DNA of 64,000 nt from contig JAQTUZ010000003.1 of assembly GCA_028707065.1 (NCBI GenBank), forward strand, positions 2,501 to 66,500. The letters are read 5' to 3'. Position 1 is the first letter of the stretch. Every line of letters starts with the position of its first letter. The translations under genes and the position numbers were made by a program. The notes under the pieces are model-generated. The model did not search any database and was not told the DNA's origin. It worked only from the letters and a program-made list of their open reading frames with translations. Of the stretch, positions 45,578 to 54,480 are shown in pieces. The DNA is from Patescibacteria group bacterium. GTDB lineage: Bacteria > Patescibacteriota > Patescibacteriia > Patescibacteriales > WJLG01.

Positions 45578-46009
45578 ATGCAATATTTGCTCTTGCCGCT
45601 GATTGCCGCGATTATCGCCCAGACGGCGAAATTTTTCATCAAGTCCAATCACGAAAAAGCGTCCTGGAAAAGCATTACCGCTTATTCCGGCATGCCTTCG
45701 GGCCATAGCGCGCTCATCGTCTCTTTGGCGACAATCGTCTTTTTGAAGGACGGCTGGCAATCCCCTCTCTTCGCCATTAGTTTGATTTTTGCCGTTATCG
45801 TCATCAGGGACGCGGTCGGAATCCGGCGTTATCTGGGCGAGCACGGACGGATGCTTAATGAATTGGTAAAAGACTTAAAAGAAGAGCCGGACCAGCCCTT
45901 AGACCAGAATTATCCGCATCTCTTGGAAAAGATCGGCCATACGCCGGCGCAAGCGGCTATCGGCGCCCTGATCGGCTTGGCGGTCAGCCTGATCGGATTC
46001 TGGTTGTAA
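45578..46009 (+). CDS. Divergent PAP2 / DUF212 family membrane protein
   Basis: GMPSGHSALIVSLAT and RDAVGIRR are signatures of the acid-phosphatase/vanadium-haloperoxidase-related DUF212 family. Confidence 0.8.
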   Translation: MQYLLLPLIAAIIAQTAKFFIKSNHEKASWKSITAYSGMPSGHSALIVSLATIVFLKDGWQSPLFAISLIFAVIVIRDAVGIRRYLGEHGRMLNELVKDLKEEPDQPLDQNYPHLLEKIGHTPAQAAIGALIGLAVSLIGFWL

Positions 46010-46011
46010 AT

Positions 46012-46108
46012 CTATACGAACTACGAATCTTTACGAATATACGAATCAACGAATTAATCCATGAATTTTAGAATTCGTATATTCGTAATTATTCGTAGTT
46101 CGTAGAGT
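46012..46108. repeat. Two-tier hairpin of tacgaat/attcgta words
   Basis: tacgaatatacgaat (46032-46046) pairs perfectly with attcgtatattcgta (46073-46087). The outer arm ctatacgaactacgaat pairs with attcgtagttcgtagag (one mismatch). Confidence 0.85.
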
Positions 46109-46117
46109 ATAAATAAA

Positions 46118-46145
46118 AAAGCGGCCATAGGCCGTTATTTTTATT
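46118..46145. terminator. Bidirectional terminator
   Basis: A-run, cggcc-ata-ggccg hairpin, then a T-rich run, between convergent genes. Confidence 0.6.
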
Positions 46146-46156
46146 GTCTGGTAATA

Positions 46157-47035
46157 TTAGATTAACGCTTTGCCATCCAAATCATCGGGAAGCGGTAAGT
46201 TCATGATTTTTAAAATCGTCGGCGTTACATCCAGCAGGCTCCCGGCCGGAGCGACCAAGGCCAAATCGCCGCCCGGCGCTTCCATAAAGCCAAAGGATTT
46301 GCCTTCAAATTGCTTGCCGACAATAATGAACGGCACGGGATTGACCGTGTCTTTTTTATTTTTCAATTCGGTTTTCATTTCGATCGCTTCCTCGGCATTA
46401 CCGTGAGTGGAGCTGATCAATAACACTCCGGAATTATCCAAAACGGTTTTAACTATGCCGTTTAAGGCGCGATCCATGACTTGGGCGGCCTCGACCGTAG
46501 CGGAAAAATTTCCCCGATGCGCCACCAGGTCAAGATTAGCCATGATCGCCAAGATAAAATCAAATTTCCGGCTCTTAATTTTTTTAAGCAATTCAGCGGC
46601 CAATAATTCAGCGGCCATGGCCGGCGTTTCGGAATAATCATCGGTAGGGCCGCTGGAAATGATCTGAAAATTTTCCTCCTTCACCTTTCGCTTATTATTG
46701 ATAAAAAAAAGGCCATAGGCCATTTTTTCCGGTTCAGTGATCACTGTCCAGTCTAATCCAGCCCGATCAAGATAGCCGAAAAGACTCAAGTTGGCCTGGG
46801 ATAATTTTTGTTTTCCCGTGCCCAGGGCCAGGTAGTTATCAGCGATCTTGGTTTTTTTGCGAATAATTCCCGGCCGGGAAGAGTTTAAAATAGTGGCCGG
46901 ATATTTCACGATCAGTTCTCGGAAATTCGGCGTTTTGGCCCGTGAAACCGCGTTGCCGTCGCTTCCGGCGGCGATCCCCCAGCCGTCCAGAACCAACAAT
47001 ACCACCGGTCCTAAATTTTCATTTTTTCCGTTCAT
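46157..47035 (-). CDS. Truncated iPGM-like protein (phosphatase-domain-only paralog)
   Basis: The N-terminus VVLLVLDGWG and the C-terminal part LDLVAHRGN...STHGNAEE...NPVPFI align by eye with the iPGM next door. The roughly 240-aa transferase domain and the GNSE catalytic Ser motif are absent. Confidence 0.7.
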   Translation of the reverse strand: MNGKNENLGPVVLLVLDGWGIAAGSDGNAVSRAKTPNFRELIVKYPATILNSSRPGIIRKKTKIADNYLALGTGKQKLSQANLSLFGYLDRAGLDWTVITEPEKMAYGLFFINNKRKVKEENFQIISSGPTDDYSETPAMAAELLAAELLKKIKSRKFDFILAIMANLDLVAHRGNFSATVEAAQVMDRALNGIVKTVLDNSGVLLISSTHGNAEEAIEMKTELKNKKDTVNPVPFIIVGKQFEGKSFGFMEAPGGDLALVAPAGSLLDVTPTILKIMNLPLPDDLDGKALI

Positions 47036-47050
47036 GATCGGGGAGATTAT

Positions 47051-48637
47051 TTAAATTAATAAGCTGGTGCCGCTCATGATGGAGGGTTTTTTCTTGTTGA
47101 TAATATCCAAGATGGTCGGTGAAATATCGCAAAGCGAACCCCTGGTTTTTAATTTTTTAGCTTTAAGTTTATTATTCACCAGAATAAACGGCACCGGATA
47201 GATTGAATGTTCCGTATCAACCTCTCCGGTTTTCAAATTGATCATTTCTTCGATATTGCCGTGATCGGCGGTAATGATTACCGTGCCGTGTTTTTTCAAG
47301 TAAGCATCGGAAATTTTTTTAACGCACTTATCCAATATTTCGCAGCACTTAACGGCCGCTTTTAGGTTGCCGGTATGGGCCACCATGTCCGAAGCGGCAA
47401 AATTCAACACGGTAAAATCATATTTTCTCCGCGACAAATTGAGCAAAATTTTTCTCGTCAGTTCGATCGATCTCATCTGCGGGGTTTTATCATAAGACGA
47501 AACCGAGGGCGAAGGGATCATAAAATGGTCTTCGCCATTGATCATGCCGGCATAACCGCCATTGAAAAAGTAAGTGACATGGGCGAATTTTTCCGATTCG
47601 GCGATATAAAGCTGGGAAATATCGCTTAAAATAATAGGCAAGGTGCTGCAAATATCAACACTGGGGTAAGCCGAAAGAATGTTGTCCAAATCCGGACCGA
47701 AATCGGTCATGGTCACGAACAGCAAGTTTTCCAAATTCTTCTTTCTGATAAAAGATCCTTTGTTTCTTTTGGCAAAATTCTTTTGCACGAAAACTTTGGC
47801 TAATTGGCGGGCGCGGTCAGAGCGCAAATTGAAAAAAATCACCGAGTCATTGTCGCCGATCAAGCCTTGGCGGTTAATGACATAGGGTTTGATAAATTCA
47901 TCAGTTTCGTTGCGATTGTAGCTTTCAATGATCGCTTTTTCCGCGTCTGGCGCGTTCAAACCTTTGCCCAAAACCATGCAATTATAAGCAGCTTGGGTGC
48001 GGCTCCACTCTTTTTTTCTGTCCATCGCGTAAAATCTGCCTATCAAAGTGGCGATTTTAACATGATTTTTGACGTTCTTTTTTAAATTTTCCACGATGCG
48101 CAAGGCTTCGTGCTGGGGCGAATCGCGGCCATCGGTGAATAAATGCAAATAAACTTTCTTTACTTTGTTTTCTCGGGCGAGCCTGATCAGCGCCTCGAGA
48201 TGGCTTAAGTCGCTATGCGGACTCATGCCATTGGAAAGCATGCCCATTAAATGCAGCTTGGATCGTTTTTTTATGGCGTTTCGGCAAGCTTCCTTAAAAG
48301 CCGAGTTCTTAAAAAAAGTGCCATCCCTGATGCTGCGATTGATTTTTACCGCGTCTTGCTCTACCACTCTTCCCGCTCCGATATTCATATGGCCGGCTTC
48401 GCTATTGCCGACTTGATGCGGCGGCAAACCCACATAATGGCCGTGCGCGTGCAGCTTGGTATACGGATAAGTCCTGCTTAGGTAATTCAAGGCTGGTGTT
48501 TTAGCCAGATAGATAGCATTGCCGCGGCTAGACTTGGCAATTCCCCATCCATCCAGGATCACTAAAATCATCGGCAAGCCGCCCCACCTTTTATCCTGAA
48601 TCTTTTTTTTGCCTGATTTTTTTGATTTTTTTACCAT
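47051..48637 (-). CDS. gpmI: 2,3-bisphosphoglycerate-independent phosphoglycerate mutase
   Basis: ILDGWGIA, VGNSEAGHMNIGAGR (catalytic Ser) and TADHGNIEEM. The ATG at 48637 is preferred to the TTG at 48655, which lies in the repeat. Confidence 0.93.
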   Translation of the reverse strand: MVKKSKKSGKKKIQDKRWGGLPMILVILDGWGIAKSSRGNAIYLAKTPALNYLSRTYPYTKLHAHGHYVGLPPHQVGNSEAGHMNIGAGRVVEQDAVKINRSIRDGTFFKNSAFKEACRNAIKKRSKLHLMGMLSNGMSPHSDLSHLEALIRLARENKVKKVYLHLFTDGRDSPQHEALRIVENLKKNVKNHVKIATLIGRFYAMDRKKEWSRTQAAYNCMVLGKGLNAPDAEKAIIESYNRNETDEFIKPYVINRQGLIGDNDSVIFFNLRSDRARQLAKVFVQKNFAKRNKGSFIRKKNLENLLFVTMTDFGPDLDNILSAYPSVDICSTLPIILSDISQLYIAESEKFAHVTYFFNGGYAGMINGEDHFMIPSPSVSSYDKTPQMRSIELTRKILLNLSRRKYDFTVLNFAASDMVAHTGNLKAAVKCCEILDKCVKKISDAYLKKHGTVIITADHGNIEEMINLKTGEVDTEHSIYPVPFILVNNKLKAKKLKTRGSLCDISPTILDIINKKKPSIMSGTSLLI

Positions 48638-48648
48638 AATTATTTTTA

Positions 48649-48788
48649 TTATCAAGCGAAGCGAGCGAAATAATCCCGCGCCGCGCGGAGATTATTTCCG
48701 AGCGAGCGATGATAAGATTGGTTATCAAGCGAAGCGAGCGAAATAATCCCGCGCCGCGCGGAGATTATTTCCGAGCGAGCGATGATAA
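48649..48788. repeat. Tandem duplication (2 x 67 bp identical, period 73 bp) of a palindromic element
   Basis: ttatcaagcgaagcgagcgaaataatcccgcgccgcgcggagattatttccgagcgagcgatgataa occurs at 48649-48715 and again at 48722-48788. Each unit folds via gaaataatc/gattatttc. Confidence 0.9.
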
Positions 48789-48862
48789 ATACCCCGTCCG
48801 CTTGCGGCGAGGATACCTTTTAAAAAAGATGGGCGCAGGGTTTGCTCTGCGGTTGATACCAT

Positions 48863-50119
48863 TCATTGGATAATTGCTTCAATTTCCATTAGACGATTAT
48901 ATTTGGCCAGCCGTTCTCCCCGCGAGAGCGAACCGGCCTTGATAAAATTCGCTCCCGCCGCCACCGCCAGATCGGCAATAAAATCATCGTTGGTTTCGCC
49001 GGAGCGGTGCGATACCATTATTTTATAATTATATTTTTGGGCCAATTTGACGCATTCCATGGTCTCGCTTAAGGTGCCGACTTGATTCGGCTTGATCAAG
49101 ATGGCGTTGGCGGCTTTTTCTTTCAGCCCTTTGCGGAAGCGATTGATATTTGTGGAGAATAAATCATCGCCGATCAGCATTATCTTGTCGCCCAATTCCG
49201 CGGTTAATTTTTTCCAACCCGGCCAATCATCTTCGCCCAAACCGTCTTCGATGGAAATGAGGGGAAATTCATGCAGCCATTCCTCGTATAAACCGATTAA
49301 GTTCTCGCTGGCATAGAAAGCATTGTCCAATTTAAAAACATATTTTCCGCTTTCCTCGTTATAAAGCTCCGAAGAGCCGACATCGATGCCCAATCCGATA
49401 TCAACCCCGGGCTTATATCCGGCATTGATGACGGCGGTAACGATGAATTCGATCGCCTGCACCGAGGAAACGATATCGGGAGCATAACCTCCTTCGGCGC
49501 CGACATCGGTATCAAAACCTCCCTTTTTAAGAACATTCCCCAGCTCATGAAAAATTTCCGCTCCCATTCTGACCTTTTCGCGAAAGGAAATTTTGGCGAG
49601 CGGCAAGATCATAAATTCCTGAAAATCCAAATTAGTATCCGCGTGCTTGCCGCCGTTAAAAATATTAAAAGACGGCGTGGGCAGAGAAAATTTATTTTGG
49701 AAGCCGTAGATCTCTCTCAAATACTCGAATAATTCCTGTTTTCTTGATAGCGCGCCGGTTCGGGCGGCGGCCAAGGAGACGGAAAGAATGGCATTGGCGC
49801 CCAAATTCTTTTTATTATCAGTGCCGTCAAGCTTGATCATTTTTTCATCGATTTCCGACTGCTTGATGATATCCGCTCCGACTAATTCAGGGGCGATTAT
49901 CTCATTGACGTTTTTAACCGCCGTTAACACGCCCAAGCCGCCGTATCTTTTCTTGTCGCCATCGCGCAATTCGTGCGCTTCGTGAATTCCGGTCGAAGCG
50001 CCGGACGGCACGCTCGCTTTGCCGACCGTCCCGTCATCTAAAATAATCTTTGTTTCCACGGTCGGATTGCCCCGGCTATCCAGAATTTCCCGAGCTTTTA
50101 TTTCTTTTATTTTAGGCAT
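48863..50119 (-). CDS. eno: Enolase
   Basis: IKEIKAREILDSRGNPTVE, SGETNDDFIADLAV and IKPNQVGTLSET. Confidence 0.97.
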   Translation of the reverse strand: MPKIKEIKAREILDSRGNPTVETKIILDDGTVGKASVPSGASTGIHEAHELRDGDKKRYGGLGVLTAVKNVNEIIAPELVGADIIKQSEIDEKMIKLDGTDNKKNLGANAILSVSLAAARTGALSRKQELFEYLREIYGFQNKFSLPTPSFNIFNGGKHADTNLDFQEFMILPLAKISFREKVRMGAEIFHELGNVLKKGGFDTDVGAEGGYAPDIVSSVQAIEFIVTAVINAGYKPGVDIGLGIDVGSSELYNEESGKYVFKLDNAFYASENLIGLYEEWLHEFPLISIEDGLGEDDWPGWKKLTAELGDKIMLIGDDLFSTNINRFRKGLKEKAANAILIKPNQVGTLSETMECVKLAQKYNYKIMVSHRSGETNDDFIADLAVAAGANFIKAGSLSRGERLAKYNRLMEIEAIIQ

Positions 50120-50200
50120 AAAGATTAAATTTACAATTTACAATTTTAAATTTTCAAATAATTTTCAAATGTTTAAATTCTTAAAAAATGCATTCAAACA

Positions 50201-50229
50201 TTGACAAAAAAATATTTTTATGCTAATCT
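50201..50229 (+). promoter_or_regulatory. Promoter TTGACA-17-TAATCT
   Basis: TTGACA at 50201-50206, a 17-nt spacer ending tgc, then TAATCT at 50224-50229. Confidence 0.55.
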
Positions 50230-50278
50230 CTCTCTATAAGATTTTAACACATTGCTCTATATTACAAGGAGGATAAAA

Positions 50279-50536
50279 ATGAATCAGAGAAGTACTAATG
50301 TTTCTGCGTTTGGTCTTCTTGTGAACGCGCTGACTAAAAAAAGCGACGATGGCGATACTGGGGAAATCTTCCCCCTATCTGACGCTAAAGATTTAGAATG
50401 CGGCGCTCAAATGATCCCCAGAAAAGTTACCGATGCCAGGCGTGCCGGTAAAAAGGTTATTTTTTCCACAAAAGGCGAACAACATCAATGGTATTGGTTA
50501 ATGCCAGATGGTTCTAAAATTTATAACGAAGTTTAA
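50279..50536 (+). CDS. Small hypothetical protein (85 aa)
   Basis: AAGGAGGA is upstream of the ATG at 50279. The gene has its own promoter and terminator and is inserted between eno and pgk on the opposite strand. Confidence 0.6.
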   Translation: MNQRSTNVSAFGLLVNALTKKSDDGDTGEIFPLSDAKDLECGAQMIPRKVTDARRAGKKVIFSTKGEQHQWYWLMPDGSKIYNEV

Positions 50537-50565
50537 AGAACCTTTTAACATGCAAATCCTTGATA

Positions 50566-50600
50566 GCCCTTGTGCTTTCGTGCAAGGGTTTTTTATTTTT
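50566..50600 (+). terminator. Rho-independent terminator
   Basis: A cccttg...caaggg stem followed by ttttttattttt. Confidence 0.7.
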
Positions 50601-50677
50601 AAAAATTTATAAATTAAAAAATTATTTCCCTGGCCGCGTCCCGCATCCGCGGGCAGGCAAAATTGAAAATTTAAAAT

Positions 50678-51898
50678 TTATTCTAACCCGGGCATCCTCT
50701 CTCCGCCCAAATACGCGAGCATCGCTCCCCCGCCGGTGGAAATCCAATCGACATATCCTTCCATCTTGGTCATCTTTAAAGCCTCCAGGGTTTCACCGCC
50801 GCCAACCACGCCAAAAGTTTTGCCGCGGGATCGGGCCGCGATCAATTCTCCCAAGGCCATAGTTCCGTAGCGGTAATGTCTTTGTTCAAACGCGCCCAGC
50901 GGACCGTTCCAGACGATGGTTTTGGCTTTTTTGATCAAGGTCGAAAAAAGCATGATCGTCCGCGGTCCGATATCAAAAACAATGTCTTTGGCGCCGATAT
51001 CGTCGATCAACTTCACCAGCGCGGAACCGCGGTGGTTTACCACCACGTCCAAAGGCAAAACGATCTTTTTATCGCTCAATAATTTCTGGGCGATCGCCAC
51101 GCTTTCCTTATCCACTAAAGATCTGCCGACGTTCATCCCCATCGCTTTGAAGAAATTATTCGCCAAAGCCCCGCCGATCAATATTTTCGCCGCCTTATCC
51201 TGCAAATTCTTGATTAGTTTGATTTTAGTTTTGATCTTGGCTCCGCCCATCAGGATAATCAAGGGTTTGACGGGCTTTTTTATCTGGTCCAAATTAAAAA
51301 TTTCTTTTTCCAAAAGCAAGCCGGCAAAGGACGGCAAGAACCGCCGGATGGCGCTGACCGAAGCGTGGGCGCGATGACAGACCGAAAAGGCTTCATTGAC
51401 GTAAATATCGGCCGACCGTGATAATTCCCGGGCAAACGCCCGGTCGTTTTTTTCCTCGCCTCGGTTAAAACGCAGATTTTCCAGAAAGATTATTTTTCCG
51501 GGCTTAAGCGCTTTGATCGCCTGATCCGCTTCCTTGCCCACCGCGGCCGCGACGAATTTGACGCGATTGCCGCCCAAAATTTGATTTAATCGTTTAGCTA
51601 AAAATTTACAAGACAGTTGGGGAATTTTTTTCCCTTCCGGCTTGCCCGCCGACTTGTCCGCCGTAACCTTGGCAGAGGCGGAAGCTGTGCGAAGGCTGGG
51701 TTCGCCCAGGTGGGTCGCCAAGATCACCCGGCAGCGATAGCGCAATAAAAAACGGATGGTCGGCAAAGCGGCTAAAATTTTCGTCTCATCTTTAATCTTG
51801 GTCTTAACCCGCGGCACATTAAAATCCACTCGCAAAAAAACAGTCTTGCCTTTAATTTGTTGAATATCGTTGATAACTTTTAATTTCATAGCTGGCAA
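50678..51898 (-). CDS. pgk: Phosphoglycerate kinase (with an in-frame repeat-derived insert)
   Basis: GKTVFLRVDFNVP, ILATHLG, GGGETL and STGGGAMLAYL. Confidence 0.95.
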   Translation of the reverse strand: MPAMKLKVINDIQQIKGKTVFLRVDFNVPRVKTKIKDETKILAALPTIRFLLRYRCRVILATHLGEPSLRTASASAKVTADKSAGKPEGKKIPQLSCKFLAKRLNQILGGNRVKFVAAAVGKEADQAIKALKPGKIIFLENLRFNRGEEKNDRAFARELSRSADIYVNEAFSVCHRAHASVSAIRRFLPSFAGLLLEKEIFNLDQIKKPVKPLIILMGGAKIKTKIKLIKNLQDKAAKILIGGALANNFFKAMGMNVGRSLVDKESVAIAQKLLSDKKIVLPLDVVVNHRGSALVKLIDDIGAKDIVFDIGPRTIMLFSTLIKKAKTIVWNGPLGAFEQRHYRYGTMALGELIAARSRGKTFGVVGGGETLEALKMTKMEGYVDWISTGGGAMLAYLGGERMPGLE

Positions 51899-51928
51899 TA
51901 TTAATTGATTATTTCCCGCCGTGCTATT

Positions 51929-53125
51929 TTATTTGAGCGCTTGTAATTTTACCATTACCGAGTTTTCCACGCCGTTACGGCGATAGATCAGGTTGATTTC
52001 ATCCTGGGCTGAATATTTTTCCAGGATATTATCCAGATCATGCAAAGCATCGATCTTGGTATTGTCCACCGAGATAATAATATCGCCGGCTTGCAAACCG
52101 GCCACTGCCGCCGCGCTGCCGGCTTTTATTGCCGGCGTTTTGCTATCGGAATAGATCAGCGCGCCCTGATCGTAACCCGCGGCCTTAATGGCGTAATCCC
52201 GCAAATTGACATAACTAACGCCCAGCGAGGCGCGCTGGCTTTCCTTGCCTTGCAATAATCCTTTGATCAGAGGTTGAAAATTATAAAGCGGGACCGGCCC
52301 GTTTATTTTGTCAAAATAACCGATCACCTTGCCGTCCAGGCTGAAAATAAAAGCATTGTCGAAATAATCGCCCAAGTTATTGGCAAAAATAATATCTTGC
52401 GAGCCGTTATCACTGTCGGCAACCGGTTGGTTGCTGGCTACTTTATCAACGATTGAAGTCAAATAGCTCTCCCCCAGCCAATTCAAAGCTACCAGCGATT
52501 GGCTGTTCGTCAGATCCATCTTGCTGACGAAACTTTTAACCGGTAAATTTTTGGCGTTGGCCAGATGGACAAAAATATATGAATCAATTCCGGTTTGGCT
52601 GATCTTATCGATATTGTAAATGTCTTTTGTTTTCGTAATAACAACAAAGTTTTTCAAGATTGAGCTTTCCGGAGTATTTTTGGTAAAATCCGAGGTCAAA
52701 ATCCACCCGTCGCTGGTAACTACGATCCCTTCGCCGATCGCGTCACTCAGCTTATAATAATCGGCGATAGCAAAAGCTTTCCCCGCGGCTGGCGGCGAAC
52801 CGGTGGCCGTGATCTGGTTTTTTTTAAAAACGCCGACCAGGCTGTTTTGACCGGAATTGATAGTGTCATTGATCTTATTTTCTTGGCCGGCAATGATTTT
52901 TTTGGCATTTTCAATGATTGAATTGGCCTGGCGCAAACTCTCCTGGGCCGCAGTATCGGTTTGATTGGTTAATGTCGTCGGGCTGACATTTTGCCCTAAA
53001 TAAGGCCGCAGAATGATCAAAGCGGCCGCTCCGCCACCCCAGCCGAATATTATAGCCAAAACAATGACCCCTAATAAAAAAAGGTTACCTCGCTTTTTTT
53101 TCAATGTAGAATTGATTTCTTTCAT
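51929..53125 (-). CDS. HtrA-like PDZ protein lacking recognisable catalytic triad motifs
   Basis: N-terminal TM segment, trypsin-like core (GEGIVVTSDGWILTS) and a C-terminal PDZ domain (AGLQAGDIIISVDNTKI). TNAHV is replaced by TSDFT, and I could find no GNSGG. Confidence 0.65.
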   Translation of the reverse strand: MKEINSTLKKKRGNLFLLGVIVLAIIFGWGGGAAALIILRPYLGQNVSPTTLTNQTDTAAQESLRQANSIIENAKKIIAGQENKINDTINSGQNSLVGVFKKNQITATGSPPAAGKAFAIADYYKLSDAIGEGIVVTSDGWILTSDFTKNTPESSILKNFVVITKTKDIYNIDKISQTGIDSYIFVHLANAKNLPVKSFVSKMDLTNSQSLVALNWLGESYLTSIVDKVASNQPVADSDNGSQDIIFANNLGDYFDNAFIFSLDGKVIGYFDKINGPVPLYNFQPLIKGLLQGKESQRASLGVSYVNLRDYAIKAAGYDQGALIYSDSKTPAIKAGSAAAVAGLQAGDIIISVDNTKIDALHDLDNILEKYSAQDEINLIYRRNGVENSVMVKLQALK

Positions 53126-53149
53126 ATGATCAGAAAAAAAATTGATGGG

Positions 53150-53887
53150 TTATGCCCATTTTGTCGTTAAGAAGATCAAGACCAATGAAATAGATCCCGA
53201 ACTTAAGTATAATTTAATACTGCGGCTGGTTAATTTATCCGCTAACGATAATTTGATAAAACCGCTCAATAGATAGAAGGCAACAGTGGCGATCAACCCC
53301 AGGGTGTTATAATTAAAAGGCAGAAAATAAATAGCCCAGGCCAACTGAACCAGTAAAAGTCCGGCGAGAAAAACATAAGCCAAGGCGTTTCTCGCCGTAA
53401 TCCCGTTAGCCCAAAGAATTTGATAAATCACCAAGATAACCAGCGCTGCCGAACATAAGATCAGCAGCCAGATCGGCCAACCAAGGAAAGATTCCTGGGC
53501 ATAAATGACCGCGAAGGAAAAAAAGACAGTTAGCAGATTTCCGTAAGAAGAAATATTTTCCAAGAAATCCCGTTGCCCGCCTTGATAAATATTTTTTAAA
53601 TAATAGTAGCTAAGGCCGAAATTCAATAGGTATAAAAAATGAATAACGTATTGATTGACCGCGAACAGCGAGTAAAAGGCCAGAGAACTGGAAAGAAGCA
53701 ACGGCAGAATTGAAAAATTCCAAAACTCTTGGCTAATTATTTTTTTTCCGGTGATCAGGCGCACGGCAATCAGCAGCAGCAGATTGGAGGCGATCAAAGC
53801 CGGATAAAACAAATTAGCCTTAAGAAAGAAGGCTTCAAAAAGAATAAAATTTACCAATGGCGTGGCAATGACAAAAAGGTAAACCAT
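53150..53887 (-). CDS. Polytopic membrane protein, hypothetical
   Basis: 245-aa ORF with about 8 hydrophobic helices. Confidence 0.65.
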   Translation of the reverse strand: MVYLFVIATPLVNFILFEAFFLKANLFYPALIASNLLLLIAVRLITGKKIISQEFWNFSILPLLLSSSLAFYSLFAVNQYVIHFLYLLNFGLSYYYLKNIYQGGQRDFLENISSYGNLLTVFFSFAVIYAQESFLGWPIWLLILCSAALVILVIYQILWANGITARNALAYVFLAGLLLVQLAWAIYFLPFNYNTLGLIATVAFYLLSGFIKLSLADKLTSRSIKLYLSSGSISLVLIFLTTKWA

Positions 53888-53919
53888 GATTTTAAAAATT
53901 CACCGGCTGATAATAATCA

Positions 53920-54261
53920 TCAAAGTGTTTCCGGAATGCTAAATTTCTCCGCGTTGACTTCGACCCAATCGCTATCGCTCTCTTCCCATTTATAAACTTT
54001 GAGGCGAGAACTCTTTTCCGTCGGACTATAAAGATACTCCACTCCCGTATCTGACCCGCCGCGGTGGGAATAAATGGTTTTTTTATCCAAAACAATCGGT
54101 TTTTCCACAAATTCCAGCCTGGTTTTCCCTAGCGGGCTCTCGAATTCCACAAAATCAACATCAACGCCGCCTTCTTCCTCAAAATGCTCCTGGCCCTTAT
54201 CGATTATCTCAAACGCATCCAGGACTTTTCCCTTGATCGCTTCCCATTTTTCGCGGGTCAT
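53920..54261 (-). CDS. Hypothetical cytoplasmic protein (113 aa)
   Basis: ORF. The ATG at 54261 is preferred because the upstream in-frame codons lie in a word repeat. Confidence 0.55.
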   Translation of the reverse strand: MTREKWEAIKGKVLDAFEIIDKGQEHFEEEGGVDVDFVEFESPLGKTRLEFVEKPIVLDKKTIYSHRGGSDTGVEYLYSPTEKSSRLKVYKWEESDSDWVEVNAEKFSIPETL

Positions 54262-54300
54262 ATATTCACGTAGCACATAGCACGCAACACATAACAAGCG
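54262..54300. repeat. cacataac word repeat (left arm of an inverted pair)
   Basis: cacgtagcacatagcacgcaacacataaca. The reverse complement of 54484-54517 is gcacatagcataaagcacgtaacacataacac. Confidence 0.7.
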
Positions 54301-54480
54301 CGCAAAAGCTGCTTTTTATAAAAAAATTATCTCAATGCAATTATACCATTTTTTTAATAAAAATCAATTAAGCCGCGGCCTCATGCCAGGTAATCAACTG
54401 CAATGTTAATTTTATAAAATTATCGCAAAATAAGGTATTTTATATTTTCTGTCTCTTTCTAAATCCGGTAAATTTTATAT

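Noticed and set aside
48649-48788. Possible CRISPR array
   Set aside because: There are only two repeat units, 67 bp long and separated by 6 bp. There are no spacers of CRISPR size and no cas genes in the window.
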